Counted from the first letter of the stretch, positions 51,490 through 64,000 are shown. The stretch is DNA of 64,000 nt from Ruditapes philippinarum (GCF_026571515.1 NW_026857983.1:124001-188000); one strand, 5' to 3'. Notes: generated by a model not told the origin, from the sequence alone. Translations and numbers: made by a program.

Positions 51490-54400
51490 ATGGCGGACAC
51501 TGATTTTAAAATGGAAACAAACACATCGATTGGGGAAGAAAATACACACTATACATGTCAGGTAAAGTTCATTTTTGTGTCTATTTTCTGTCTAGTCTTA
51601 ACCTGTTATCATGATTTCAAACTTTCAAAAAGTAGTCTGTAATAGACATTAATAACGAAAGAATATTTCTTTAAATCTAATGTCTTTTGTAGAGAGGATT
51701 GTTTTCATCTTTATTAAGTTAATTGACGTCATAGCTAATGTTAAAAAGTTTTGTCAATAGTCCGTTCTTTTAAATGAGAAATGTCTTGAATTCTTTTCAT
51801 TCCCATCATTTTTGAAAACAATGTCTAAGGTTGCCATACATGTAAATATTATCCTGTACAGTGTTCCTTATTTGTTAATAATAATTATAATTCCGTTTTC
51901 AGTTCCTTGCCTCAGGTTTAGTGTCCTTTAAATCTGTTTGCCTTGTTTCCATTTTATGTCCTGGTCTTTCAAGTGTTTATATGTGACTGTCGGTGGATGC
52001 TGATTAGTTTATACGAATTTACTTCTGATCAGTTCAAATTGTGTTGGAAGCTTTAAGCTTATTGAAACACCCTAGAATCCGTTCCTGGAACCAACCAGTT
52101 CTAAGCAATGAATACAAAGTTGCTGATTTTGATACTGATCTTTATCTACATGTCTTTACGAAATAAACCTATAATGATTTTTTACTAGAGGTGTGATACT
52201 GGTAATTTTGTTTTTAAATGTGTCATTGTAACAATTGCATTTGTTGCAATTTTGTTTGTCGTTAAAATATCCTCGTTCATCTATACAATGATGCTATATT
52301 CCCATTCACCATGATCACCGACTTGTTACCAATTATCTCTCATGGAGAACCTCTTACAAATATACAGAAAAATGGCTTTTGATTACATAAAGAAGTAACT
52401 CAAATATTGGTTATGCAAATAACGACGAATTAATACAGAGTTTAAAGTGTATTCGAAAAATACCGTAGATATCCAAGCAGTATAAAAATGTATTAAAAGA
52501 TAAAAAAAAAACTTTCTAAGCGAAAGGAATGCCGCGGTATTTATAGACTACGTATTTTTAGACTATACATATAATTTTACTATATTAATTATCAAATATG
52601 ATTTACTGCACCTTTCAAACTTTCGATCTGTAAAGCCTAAGATATTTACATAACTTTCACAACATAACAACATTCGTTGCTAAGGAACACTCAGGAATAT
52701 ATCCATACTTTGGACTGACATTAAACTAGAACTGCCACTGTCATGGCGTGAATACCCCCGCATACCACTTTGTCAGAATCAACAGTGGTCATTTTGAGCT
52801 CAAGGAACATCTCCCTGCCAAATCTGAGGAATACCCCTCACCCATTCATGCAGTTTTGCCTGGGGTGTTTCATGATAACTATATGAGAACATAATTATAT
52901 GCTTCAAATGTGAAAATGACAAAATCAAGACACTGTGGACAGCCATTCTTAAGCATTTGAGCAGGCAAACTTATCGTAGGAAAAGCCCTTGTGACCTTGA
53001 CCTTTGACACAGTCACCTAAAATCAATAGGAATCGTCTACTAGGGAAACCAAATCTCATAACCAAATATGAAGACCTTTGACCAAAGCATTCATTTCGAC
53101 CAACCCTACCTATACAATATACTAAATCATACATCCCTGTATTTTCATTCCAGAAAAGATTACTGATCGTCCTTATTTCTACAACTATTGCTGAACTGAT
53201 ATTCCTGTTTTCACTTGCCGGTCACTGGCGACAATTAAGGTCGGATATAATGTCGGATATAATGGCTCCAAAGTCATCTAACATGTGCCTCCCGTTGCGG
53301 AAAGTTATCATAGAATATTTTGAGGACGAAAGAAGTCAACACTGTCCAGACGGACTTAAGGAAAAGGTCAACGAAACAAGAGGAACAAGATTATGTTGTG
53401 GATCTATGAGCATTATCGTCAATCAAATTTCCGCCAAGGTACATATACAAAATCATGACAATCTATATTTCATATGTAATGCATTTCAAACGCATAAGAT
53501 ATGTCATAAACCTTATATTTTAATTATATTTGCAGATCGTTAACGACAAGTATGATGACGATGCTTTTCCTGGTAAATTATAGTATAGTACCTACAGTAT
53601 ATGTACCAATTTGTTTGATACAAAACAGTATCCAATAATAATCTATTTTATTCATCAAAGTGATATACCTTTTAACTATTTCAAAATTGAAACAAACAAA
53701 AATTCATGTGGTAATAATTGTGTAAAACCTCGTTACTATCATTTTATGAGACCATTATATAATACTCTTTCGGTGTACTAATTAATGTGCTTAATGTAGA
53801 AAACTAAATATGTAATGGTGTATAATTTATGTAGAAATTGCATCACTTGATATCACGGCATTTAACTGTTCCGAAAAGAAGACGGTACCGCTGGAAACAC
53901 ATCTTATAGGTATTTCAAGTGATAAACAACAAGGTAATAAACTAACATATGTTAATTGATAATTAATAAAATAAAGGATACACATATAATGCGAATAAAG
54001 GCAGATCTTAAAATAGATTCACACTTTGTAATCTCTGTCATAACTAAGCAATATAGGAACAAATTTTAACATGTTACTCAGGTAGGCTAAGGCTAAAGAA
54101 ATATTGCAAACCGCAGTAATAATCCTAAAAATATAAAACAACACTGCCAATTGTGTTATTTTGTATGAATAATCGTATTCATTCTAAGATCTTAATATAT
54201 ATTTTGATTAAAATATTATTCACACATTTGCTCAAATTGTAATCTGAAAAAAGTAAATTCATGAAGAAATCTGGAAATATGAAATTATTCCTTTAACTGT
54301 TGCAATCAATATAAAAGATGTTACATATGATATAAAATGCACATGTTCTGAGTGCAATTTTTAATAATAAAATACTTTTATTCAAAATGCAGTCACATAA

Positions 54401-54898
54401 ACATACATTTCATAAACTCACCTGTTTTCCATATTAAGTTCATTAATTAGATGACTTCATATCTTACATGTCAGTTACTTTGTAGATCAAATGAACCTTT
54501 CTTCGAGACTGTTTTGGAATAGCACCTACCCATCGTTTTCTTGTCCTAGACTGAGATATCTGACAGACCATGGAACAATAAACATCGAAACGAGTGGGTA
54601 TTTCTATATTTCATCACAACTCAAGTCAAAACACTATATTAAAAATGGCACAGCAGGTGTTTCGGGCGCCAATTTTAAACATTTCATTTACAGAATATCA
54701 AAAGATAGAAAAGAGCACGTTCTGTTAGGAGGAGAAAAATCATTTTGTAAAGTTGCGTCAGACAGTTTTGAATGTACAAGTTTGATTGGTGCTGTTTTCA
54801 AACTTGAGACCGGAGACCAGATATATGTATCCACCTCTCATCCAGAGAGTCTTGTTCCCGAGTCTAAAGATAATTACCTAAGCATTTATGGTGTGTAA
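51490..54898 (+). CDS. TNF-superfamily ligand copy F, intact, 294 aa from ATG 51511 or 301 aa from ATG 51490 (exon 1 ends 51561; then 53154-53438, 53536-53572, 53835-53933, 54486-54898)
   Basis: In-phase GT-AG junctions; TM LLIVLISTTIAELIFLFSLAG; in-frame 12-bp duplication (SDIM-SDIM); THD with THLIG, LFWN, SGYFYISSQL, GAVFKLETGDQIYV. Confidence 0.93.
52725..53098 (-). mobile_element. HINE-like fragment in F intron 1
   Basis: aactagaactg... end and a tgtgaccttgacctttgac...aaaatcaatagg core (reverse complement of the 35081 core motif). Confidence 0.6.
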
Positions 54899-54899
54899 T

Positions 54900-57550
54900 G
54901 TGCACATATTTTTTTAGATAAAAATTAGGCTAAAGAAACAATATACTTGCATGTTGTTTGATTATTTTCAGTCTTTTTAAATTTTTGTCATTTATATTAA
55001 GATTAAACTATAGGAGGAGTTAAAGTAATTTTGTTTTAGAAGAATGCACCCTGTTCACTATGAATGTTATTTGGCACTAGCGGGCAACAAGAATGGGGAC
55101 ACACATGAAAACAAAGGCTACACTTAAAGCTGGATATATCTGAAACTGTAAATCAAATAATAATGCTTGTTTAGTTAAGAACTACTGTCATAGTATTACA
55201 TGTCGAAAGAGTTTCTTAACATACATCGACATTTGAAGATTAATGTAGCAGACGTAGTAAAATGATCTCACATTTGATCTCACATGTGTTTTAATGCAGA
55301 TATTTTAAATTAAAACAACCCCTTCCCTTTTTGTGTGTAAATTATGTAATAATATGCTTTGTGAAATTCATACTTTTATCACCATGCTCATTTTGTTTTT
55401 TAATTTCGGTCCTCAACATTTCTACATGTGAAAATATGAATTTTGTAGAAGAGCAGGAAATAAAAAGGGTTCTTCAGAAATTTTTGTTGAAATGTGGATC
55501 AATAACAGTATTGTTATTTTTTATTCATTTAAATTCCTCTTATTAAACATATTTAACGATCGTTTGTATTAATAAAGTGAATTGGTCTACACATTTTTCA
55601 TTTATTTAGTATTTCAAATATTTATGAAAACAATAAAAACGTATCATTTGGATTTTCTTAAAAAATATTGTTTTAAACATTTTATGATAAAGTAATTTAG
55701 AATAAGCATACACATGTATATGATGAATAATAAATTTTTATTCTAGAACAATTTATTATCTACTATATACACATATGTTATATTAGATCATGTATCCAAC
55801 ACTTACCCACACAATCCATATATTATTCTTTCGTGATTTGTGTTCTCAAGTCACATGATACTGAATACTATCAACAAACTTATTTATGGAATGACAGACT
55901 TTCACTACATACCAATTCACTTTAAGAGTCCGTCATTGTACTGTGTTACTCATATAAACATATATTTAATAAATTACGTTTCGAATTATATGATTTCATG
56001 AAGGGACATTAGTAGTACTGTAAAAAGTATACAAATGAACCAAAGTTCAATTCTCATTTTCACATCAAATCCATATTTTGCTAGAAGTAACAAAGAGTTT
56101 TCAAAATGTAATGAAATAGTGGTGAAATAAAGAGGTCATTAAACATTGTTGAATGCAATACGGATTGTACTGGACTCGTTCACAGCTGCAAAACCTATTT
56201 TTGACTCGGGTAGCACGTTGTTTAATGTAGAGTTGACAGTTGTGCTCTCTTCCAAAATAGTCCAACAATGTTTAATAACTTTTACTTTTTATCATCATAT
56301 GTAAATAAGTAACGGGACCTTATGTCGAAATCAAACATTTATCAAGTCACCAACTAAAGTGTATGGTGGCTGATTTGTGCCATTCTCTTTACGCCCAGCT
56401 ACCGCGCCAAGCGAAATTTTGAGAATTAACAAGTTAAAATATCGGGGACGCGGGAAGAATTTTAATAAATAAAATTTCACCACTACGGGGGCGCGGAGCG
56501 AGATGTAAAAAAATAGAACGGCGGGACGCGAAGCGAAATCACGCTAATTAGCGTCCTCGCCATTTTAAATAATCAATTCTCGACTTTTTGCTTGGCGGGA
56601 CCGCGGGGCGAAAACACACTGATAAGCAGGAGCGCGGGGCGAAGTTTTATTTATTAAACGTCGCCCCGCGCCCCCGCTAATAAGTGTATTTTCGCTCCGC
56701 ACCTGCCGTTTAAATGCTGTCATCTCGCTCCGCATCCCCCAAACCCGAGGCGATGTTTAATTTCTAAATCTGAGCCCGCGGCCTCGCTAATAAGCGTGTT
56801 ATCGCTATGCTGCCGGGCCATTTTAACTTGTTAATTTTCGACTGTTCGCTTGGCGGGGTCGCGGGCCAAAACACACTTATTAGCGGGGGCGCAGGGCGAA
56901 AGTTTTTATTATTAAACTTTCGTCCCACGCCTCCGCTAATAAGCGTGTTTTTGTTCCGCGCCCCCGCCGTTTAATTTTTTAAAAATCGTTCCGTGCTCCT
57001 GCGAGGCCAAGATTTATTTCTCAAACTTCGCCCCGCGTCTCCGCAAATTATCGACTCTTCGCTCCGCGCCGCCGCCATTTTTACTTGTTAATTCTCGAAT
57101 TTTCGCTTGGCAGGGTCGCGAAGCGAAAACACGAATGACACAAATCAGCCACCATAATAGTGTAATATTTGAGACTTTAATTACATTACTTTACAGAAGT
57201 TTTAATGAGAATGATACAACATGAATCAGAAACTGTTTCAAATTTTGATTTATATCTTGAGTTCCCATTCTATACTCAGTGCAGTATACATGGTATAATT
57301 GTATTACGCGGAATACCTAGTACACTGGGCGAATGACAATTTATATGTGAGTACATGAGGAGAGGTTTAAGAACTTAAATTGCCGATTTCGGACATTAAT
57401 AAATTTTTTCTGTGGTTTAAGCACCCGTAAACAACAATATTATGTTACGAGAACTTCAAATCTGGAGTTGTTAATTGATGCTTGAACATTGTTTATTTCT
57501 GATTTTATTCATATACTCGGGCGGTTCTAAAGAGGGTTGCAAAGTAGGTC
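54900..57550 (+). repeat. F 3' flank, paralogous to the A 3' flank (~13640-16860)
   Basis: Collinear identity, e.g. gtcacatgatactgaatactatcaacaaacttatttatggaatgac in both. Confidence 0.9.
56362..57156. mobile_element. GC-rich MITE with TATGG TIRs and internal repeated motifs
   Basis: tatggtggctgatttgtgccattc / gaatgacacaaatcagccaccata; recurrent gcgggggcgcggagcgaa-like motifs on both strands; absent at ~16492. Confidence 0.88.
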
Positions 57551-57597
57551 CAATTGTCTTTTTAAATCATTTTAAATCTAGAATGGAATGAGACACA

Positions 57598-58250
57598 TAT
57601 ATTTACTACTGAGGCAAAAGCTATTGATTTAGCCTCATTATATATGTTACAGCATAATTGTAACAAAATTGTAATTTGTTTTCAGTTGTTATCAATTACA
57701 AATAGAAAATCCGATAACATTATGATAAAGGATTTAACGATATCTTAAAAACAAAGTCAGTGAAATTATGTTGGATCCCAAACCCCATAGGAATACGAAG
57801 AAATGACAACGTAGATATTTAGCTAAAGAATCTTCATTAGAGTAACCTTTAAATTACCAAAATAGTGATTTTAAACCTACCATAATTAAACTTATATATA
57901 TTATGGAATGGAAATAAAATTTGGACAAAGACATATTTAACAAACTTCCTAATAAAAACCCCTGCCTTAACGTGTCGCCATCTCTATTTCTTGTTAACCG
58001 CCATGATCAGTTGGTTCTCCTTAAATGTCGAAGGAGACATTCATATCTGATAACTGGCGATAATGCTCCTTCTTTTAGGTTGAAATAACTATTCCACTGT
58101 CAACCATTTCATCCTTGAATGCCATGATCTTGCACCGGTTCGTGATACAGATTACTAAGTCAATTTACTTGCAGAATTTTTTGACGCATTTACTTCTAAA
58201 ACGTTAATCGACTACTTAAATGAAATAAAAATGTATTCTAAGATTGAAAA
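57598..58250 (+). mobile_element. Decayed 3' end of an RNase H-bearing LINE (I/Nimb group)
   Basis: Translatable relics IFTTEAKAIDLA, VKLCWIPNPIGIRRNDNVDI(L)AKES and TVNHFILECHDL match the non-LTR RNase H (WIPSHxGIxGNExAD) and C-terminal Cys/His motifs. Confidence 0.8.
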
Positions 58251-58552
58251 TACTCGTTGTTAACAATTAAAGTGTTTGGCCCGTTATGGCCAATTACACC
58301 ACAGTGGAAAGCGTTTCTCATTTTTGGTTCTATCCTTAGTGCTGATGTGCCTGTCATGGCATATTTATTCTCATGTATGTGTAATATTTGTACCGTAAAT
58401 GTCAATGCATATATGTTCTGTACCGAATTAAATCTATCTTTGTTCAAATTTGCCCTTAAACCCATAAGATTAAGAAAACAAACAAACAAAACAAAATATC
58501 AGATATATTTTAAAGGGAGAACAAAATAAAACCCTGATAAAAATGTCATATG

Positions 58553-59367
58553 TACGGTGTCCCGTTGGGACAATCGCGACACAAACATAACTAGAAACAA
58601 CGAAATTACGATGGTGAAAAGTCAAAATAACGAAATGACGATGGTGAAAATCCGAAATAACGAAACCACGATGGTCGAAAATCAAAAGTACGATGGTGAA
58701 AAGTAGAAAAAAACGAAACCAAGATGGTAAAAACTCGATATTATTTCGTATTGTCAACATCATATTTTCAACCCTTCACCATTTACGTTGTTTCGTTATT
58801 TTGACTTTTAACCATCGTATTTTGCCTTCTTGTGAAGCATGCGCTCTGAATGACAATGTACATACGTAGAATAACGAAACAACGATGGTGAAAGGTCGAA
58901 AGTGAGATGGATCATAATACATGTACGTTTTCACCATCGTGGTTTCTTCAACATTGTATTGTCGTGTATTCGTTGTTTCGAGTTATGTGTGTGTCGCGAT
59001 GGCTTTAATTTTATTTAGTTCTGCCCATTGTTTTCTCGTTTAGGGCACATGCATTCTTTTACGTGGTGACCATACGCTGCTTTTCATGGAATGACACTAC
59101 TGTGACACATTAAAGGTTCCATGATAACTGCCGTATGAACACATCTGCGGATGTTTTTAAATTCAAAATTTCACCATTTCTGTGTTTAAATTTTGAATTC
59201 TGCTTAAGCCTGTGCTTGGGGCGTGGACAGTAACTTGAACTTTCCAGTACCGTCCATGAACAGGCTCAAACAAACCGAGTCTGCAACATTTTACAATTTT
59301 GCCGTATTTGGCTTTTTTAGGGATTCTGTTAATCACTATCTATTTATTTTTTTAATGGGACACCGTA
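58553..59367. mobile_element. MITE with TACGG TIRs whose right TIR is split by a nested insertion (~59004-59352)
   Basis: Left end tacggtgtcccgttgggacaatcgcgacac; right end gtgtcgcgatggc [insert] taatgggacaccgta; subterminal acgatggtgaaaa repeats in both orientations. Confidence 0.8.
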
Positions 59368-59752
59368 CCAATAAACTATAGCTCAAACGTGTTCATTTAT
59401 TTTTCAGTTTTTTACATTTTCTAACATATAACTGGGACTGGGAATACATGAACAATAAATGAAAAAAAAAAAGAAGAAAATGTTGCAATTTAACCACATC
59501 CCGTACCCAGAAGTAATGACCCGATTACACCACCGCTGAAAACACAAAAGTAACAACATTTTGATAACGTTTATATATGTCACAGGGTCATTTGTCATTA
59601 TGTATACATGCATATACTTTATCATTATTATATCCTATATGATATATAGTGCATTTGTTATGAATATATTCTTCCTTGTCCATCCACTCTTCATCTCATA
59701 TTTACTCCCATAGCCTCATTAAATCATTCATCATGTATCATACACTAACTAT

Positions 59753-60168
59753 AGTAACTGGTGACGGGCCTCATTTTTCCGCTCATGATTTACCGCCACG
59801 CATGCGCACGGCAGATTTGAATTACAGTTGTAGACGTGAGAACGAAACTTCTGACTTTCTTGTTTATTTATTTATTTTGCTGTCTCTGTGTGTTTTACAG
59901 GTAATTTACTTATATAAGTGTATTGATATATATTCATTCTTCATTTTCTCATTCATCGTTTGTTTCATGATTTTGACGGTTTTGTATATTTATGAAATGC
60001 ACTGAAGATTTGAATTACAGTTGTAGACGTGAGAACGAAACTTCTGACTTTCTTGTTTATTTATTTATTTTGCTGTCTCTGTGTGTTTTACAGTCTCAAT
60101 CACAAGAGAGAACTATAAAAACCCTTCGACCAATAAAGAAGGTAACAAATTGGTGGCCAGTGTGGGGG
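59753..60168 (+). mobile_element. Putative LTR (~59753-60147) followed by a tRNA-Lys-like primer binding site (60151-60168)
   Basis: Ends ...aataaagaaggtaACA-aat-TGGTGGCCAGTGTGGGGG, resembling the tRNA-Lys PBS TGGCGCCCAACGTGGGGC. Contains an 88-bp internal duplication (59813-59900, 60006-60093). The 5' boundary is uncertain. Confidence 0.65.
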
Positions 60169-60440
60169 TAGAGTTTTGATTCGGAACGTAGGCCTGAAAG
60201 GGAAGAATAAGTTGGCTGATAGGTGGGATAAGGAGGTTTATATTGTGACATCCCAACCTAATCCTTCTATACCTGTTTTTCAGGTTAGAAGAGAGCATGG
60301 TCGGGGTGGCATAAAAACTCTTCACACAAATCTTTTGTTGCCTTTTATGGGTTTGCCTGTACGGAAAGCTCAGTTAAACCCCTCTCATGAGAATGATGGA
60401 CCTGAGCTTTATGTACAGACCGAGCCCATAACTAATTCTT

Positions 60441-63400
60441 CAGCTTTGGGATTTAACGTAGATGTTCTTCTCTGAGGAATGACATACTTGGGAACATCTG
60501 GACTTTCTGGTGTGTTACCTGAAATGTTAGAAGAAGAATCAGTTATGGGCTCGGTCTGTACAAGAAGCTCAGGTCCATCATTCTCATGAGAGGGGTTTAA
60601 CTGAGCTTTCCGTACAGGCAAACCCATAAAAGGCAACAAAAGATTTCTGTGAAGGTTTTTTATGGCACCCCGACCATGCTCTCTTCTAACCTGAAAAACA
60701 AGTATAGAAGGATTAGGTTGGGATGTCACAATATAAACCTCCTTCTCCCACCTATCAGCCAACTTGTTCTTCCCTTTCAGGCCTACGTTCCGAATCAAAA
60801 CTCTATCCCCGCGCTGAACTTTAGCGTCCCTAACCCTAAAATCATAACGACGCTTATGTCGTTTACTTTGACGCCTGGACTCACGGTTGGCAACCTTATA
60901 AGCAAAATGGAGACGTTTCTTTAAATAAGAAATGTACTCCTCTTCTAACCTGAAAAACAGGTATAGAAGGATTAGGTTGGGATGTCACAATATAAACCTC
61001 CTTCTCCCACCTATCAGCCAACTTGTTCTTCCCTTTCAGGCCTACGTTCCGAATCAAAACTCTATCCCCGCGCTGAACTTTAGCGTCCCTAACCCTAAAA
61101 TCATAACGACGCTTATGTCGTTTACTTTGACGCCTGGACTCACGGTTGGCAACCTTATAAGCAAAATGGAGACGTTTCTTTAAATAAGAAATGTACTCCG
61201 AGGGACTTTTCTTGGCTGATGTGGAGTCAGGTTCGATTCCAAGAAAAGCATCAATGGATAACCTAGGATGCCTCCCAAACATCAAAAAATGAGGGGTGAG
61301 CCCAGTGGTCTCATGCCTCGTAGAATTGTAAGCATGGACTAAAGTGGGTATATGAGCCTTCCAATTCTGCTTTTGTTTAGTTTCCAGGGTCCCCAACATA
61401 TTTAAAAGGGTCTGATTAAACCTTTCGGCCATTCCATTTCCTTGTGGGTGATAAGGAGTTGTGCGAGACTTGTCAATATTGGCAATCTTGCACAGCTCGC
61501 TTATCACCGCACTTTCGAAATTTCGACCCTGGTCACTATGTAAAGAGGCTGGAAAGCCATAGTGACATATAAAGGACTCAAAAAGGACTTTGGCTGTTGT
61601 ACGGGCCGTTTGGTTTTTAGTAGGTATGGCCTGTGCAAAGCGGGTAAAGTGATCAGTAATCACAAGTATATTTTCATAACCGCCTGCAGACATTTCTAAA
61701 GATAGAAAGTCCATACAGACTAATTCAAGGGGATAAGAAGATTCAATGGGAACTAAACCAGCAGAAACTTTGCATGGTGTTTTCCGACAAATACAGCGGG
61801 GGCAGTTTTTGACACGATGTTCAACAAACTGTTCTAAACCAGGCCAGTAAAACCTCGACTTTAACAGACTACAAGTTCTCTCTCGACCTTGATGTCCGGC
61901 ATCATCATGAAGGCCTGTAAACACAATATCACGGAGAACTTCCGGAAGAACAAGTTGATTAACAAAATGACCAGAAACAGTTCCTTTACGAAAAAGAATA
62001 TGGTCTTTGATAAAAAGAGATGACCATTCCCTAAAATATGGTCTTACAAGATCTTGGGTCATTGTAATTTTTCTGTTGTGTTTACTAAAATTATAAAACG
62101 TTTTATTAAAAGGGGTTATGACCCTACTATTTTAAGACATACCGCATGCTTGGTGTTCAAACCATTTACAGTTGGACACTACGCTTTCCTCTTTTGATTA
62201 CATCTGACGGGCCAAGTGGGAGACTATATGATGGACAGTTCTTAAAGCCCTTTGGGACTGAATTGCCTTAATGTTTGTCTTCTGTCTTGCTTCGTCGGGC
62301 CCTTGTAGGTGATTTTCTTTTGCTCTGTCTTCCTTTAGGACATCGAGTACTTTTGTTATGGTCATTGGGTTTACTTTTATATGTTTCTACATGATCATTT
62401 TGGTGTTTTTACTTATTTAACCTTTTGTAACCATAACAACTGTTAGAATTTCACTTGGCGGGGATTCATTTTATTTACACTGTCTCGTTTATAGGAACAT
62501 GGTGGGGCTAAGAGCGAGGTTTGGTGCACCATTAACCGGTTTAAAACTCCCCAGTAGTCATTATTATGCTGCTGACCGTTCCAAGGCGGCGCCCCTCTGT
62601 GTTCCTTAGATGTATGTCTATGTTGTTTTATACTGTTTTGGTGACACTTTTGCTCGTGTCTCTTGTTGTTTCTCGTCTACGGTAAGTATCTTCCCTTTGT
62701 CCCTAGTTTTTATTTATTTTATCCCCCCCCCCCTTCCCCGTGTCTCATGTCCCCTTCCCCGTGCCTTTTGACATTATGAGCCTTATATTAAATCATTTAT
62801 TTGTTTTGTTTTAGTTCCTTATAAGTTACTAATTATGTATTCTGATGTAGTGGTTTGCCTGCCCGTACTCTGCCTTGTGCCCTGTCCTGTTTTTCTTTGG
62901 GGTCCTCCTGGGCTCCTTGCCGCTGGCGCTTGTTGCTGGGTCGGGTGGGGGCTGCGTTCATTGAATGCCGCCTTTCCTTGTCGATCTTGTTTATCATATT
63001 TTACAAGTGAGTCTTCTAAAGAACAAAGACGTCTAGTTGGTTTTCGACCTGTCTGGACTAAATGTCGGATGCGTGCTATGGCTACATCTTTTCCCTGTTC
63101 TTCAGCACAATCAATATCACTAAAATTGGTGTCTAACGGTTCATCACCATCTGCATCGGCATGGTCTAACACATACTGAGAAAAAGAATTACACTCAAAG
63201 AGAGGGGATTCCTGGAGATAAACTAAAGTAATAGGCAAAGTGCCTTTACTACATCTGAAAATATAACTGTACCAGGACAAGAAGATGTAGGTAATCGTGA
63301 AAGTGTGTCTGCATCGACGTTCGACTTACCACTGCGATAACTGATAGTAAAATCAAAATTAGCTAAAGAAGCTAACCAACGGTGAGACGTTGCATCAAGT

Positions 63401-64000
63401 TTCGCAGTGGAAAGAACATAAGTCAAAGGATTATTATCAGTACGGACTTGGAAAGAGTTACCATACAGATAATCTTTGAACTTATCACTCACAGCCCACT
63501 TTAGAGCAAGAAACTCTAATTTATGAGCGGGATAATTCCGTTCATTTGGTTTTAACCCACGACTTGCAAAAGCAACAGCTCTCTTTTTACCATCATGCAC
63601 CTGGTATAAAACGGCATCAAGACCAACTCCACTGGCATCGATATTCAAAAGAAATGGTTTGCTGAAATCAGCATATGCCAAGATGGGTGGGGTACTAAGA
63701 CACTTAAGTAGTAAGTCAACGGCAGATTGTTGATCAGGAGCCCATTTCCAAGGTGTAGCTTTATTCTTGGATTTGCTGGCTTTGTTGGTAGGATGACCAA
63801 TCAGCAACTAATTCAGTGGCTTGGTTATCTGGGTAAAATCCTTTGATGTACCGCCTGTAGTAACCAGCAAAACCAATTAAGCTCCTTAACTCCTTGATAG
63901 ATTTTGGGACAGGCCAATTCTTTAAAACAGCAATCTTGTCGGGATCGGTTTCGACACCATGTTCACTGACAATATGGCCTAAATACTTCACACTGGTTCG
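60441..64000 (-). mobile_element. pol: Ty3/Gypsy LTR retrotransposon pol (RT thumb, RNase H, integrase), disrupted, running off the window end
   Basis: KYLGHIVS...FAGYYRRYIKGF (RT); IDASGVG, ERNYPAHKLEFLALKWA, RTDNNPL, NVDADTLSR (RNase H); HDDAGH...CPRC, MDF, SDQGRNF, MAERFN (integrase). RT-RH-INT order. Frameshifts, a nested insertion and a 259-bp tandem duplication. Confidence 0.96.
62051..63000 (+). mobile_element. 5'-truncated retroelement fragment, probably Penelope-like, nested in Gypsy pol with a 7-bp TSD
   Basis: TSD ttacaag (62044-62050, 63001-63007); removing the insert restores pol EDSLV|RPYFREW. It encodes ILGHCNFSVVFTKIIKRFIKRGYDPTILRHTACLVFKPFTVGHYAFLF, which I recognise from memory as a PLE RT C-terminus, followed by a T-rich 3' region. 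Confidence 0.75.

Noticed and set aside
58600-58960. CRISPR-like acgatggtgaaaa repeats
   Set aside because: They are mirrored subterminal motifs inside a TIR element.
62819-63280. 153-aa standalone ORF
   Set aside because: Chimera of the Gypsy pol linker and the antisense of the nested insertion.

Overview
AT-rich eukaryotic genomic DNA with GT-AG introns. The repeat families suggest a bivalve mollusc, which is an inference. From 0.2-6.2 kb there are two tandem paralogous genes encoding proteins with one atypical LDL-receptor class A (LDLa) module followed by unrelated low-complexity tails; the complete one has a signal peptide. Both cross homopolymer-rich, probably error-prone sequence. From 12-55 kb there is a same-strand tandem array of six TNF-superfamily ligand loci sharing a 5-exon structure (type II TM, Cys-rich stalk, C-terminal TNF homology domain). 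Three are intact (B 17910-21426, D 32152-34421, F 51490-54898), two are pseudogenes (A, C) and one is a promoter/exon-1/intron-1 relic (E). The copies are mosaics of each other. Their duplicated flanks give filled/empty site pairs that define tRNA-derived SINEs, Kolobok-type and Harbinger-type MITEs, Helentron/HINE-like elements and a decayed LINE. From 57.6-64 kb is a transposon graveyard: an I-group LINE 3' end, a nested MITE, an LTR+PBS fused tail-to-tail with a minus-strand Gypsy pol, and a Penelope-like fragment with a SECIS-like hairpin inserted in that pol. There are no prokaryotic features or CRISPR arrays. All gene models and alignments were read by eye; no searches were run.
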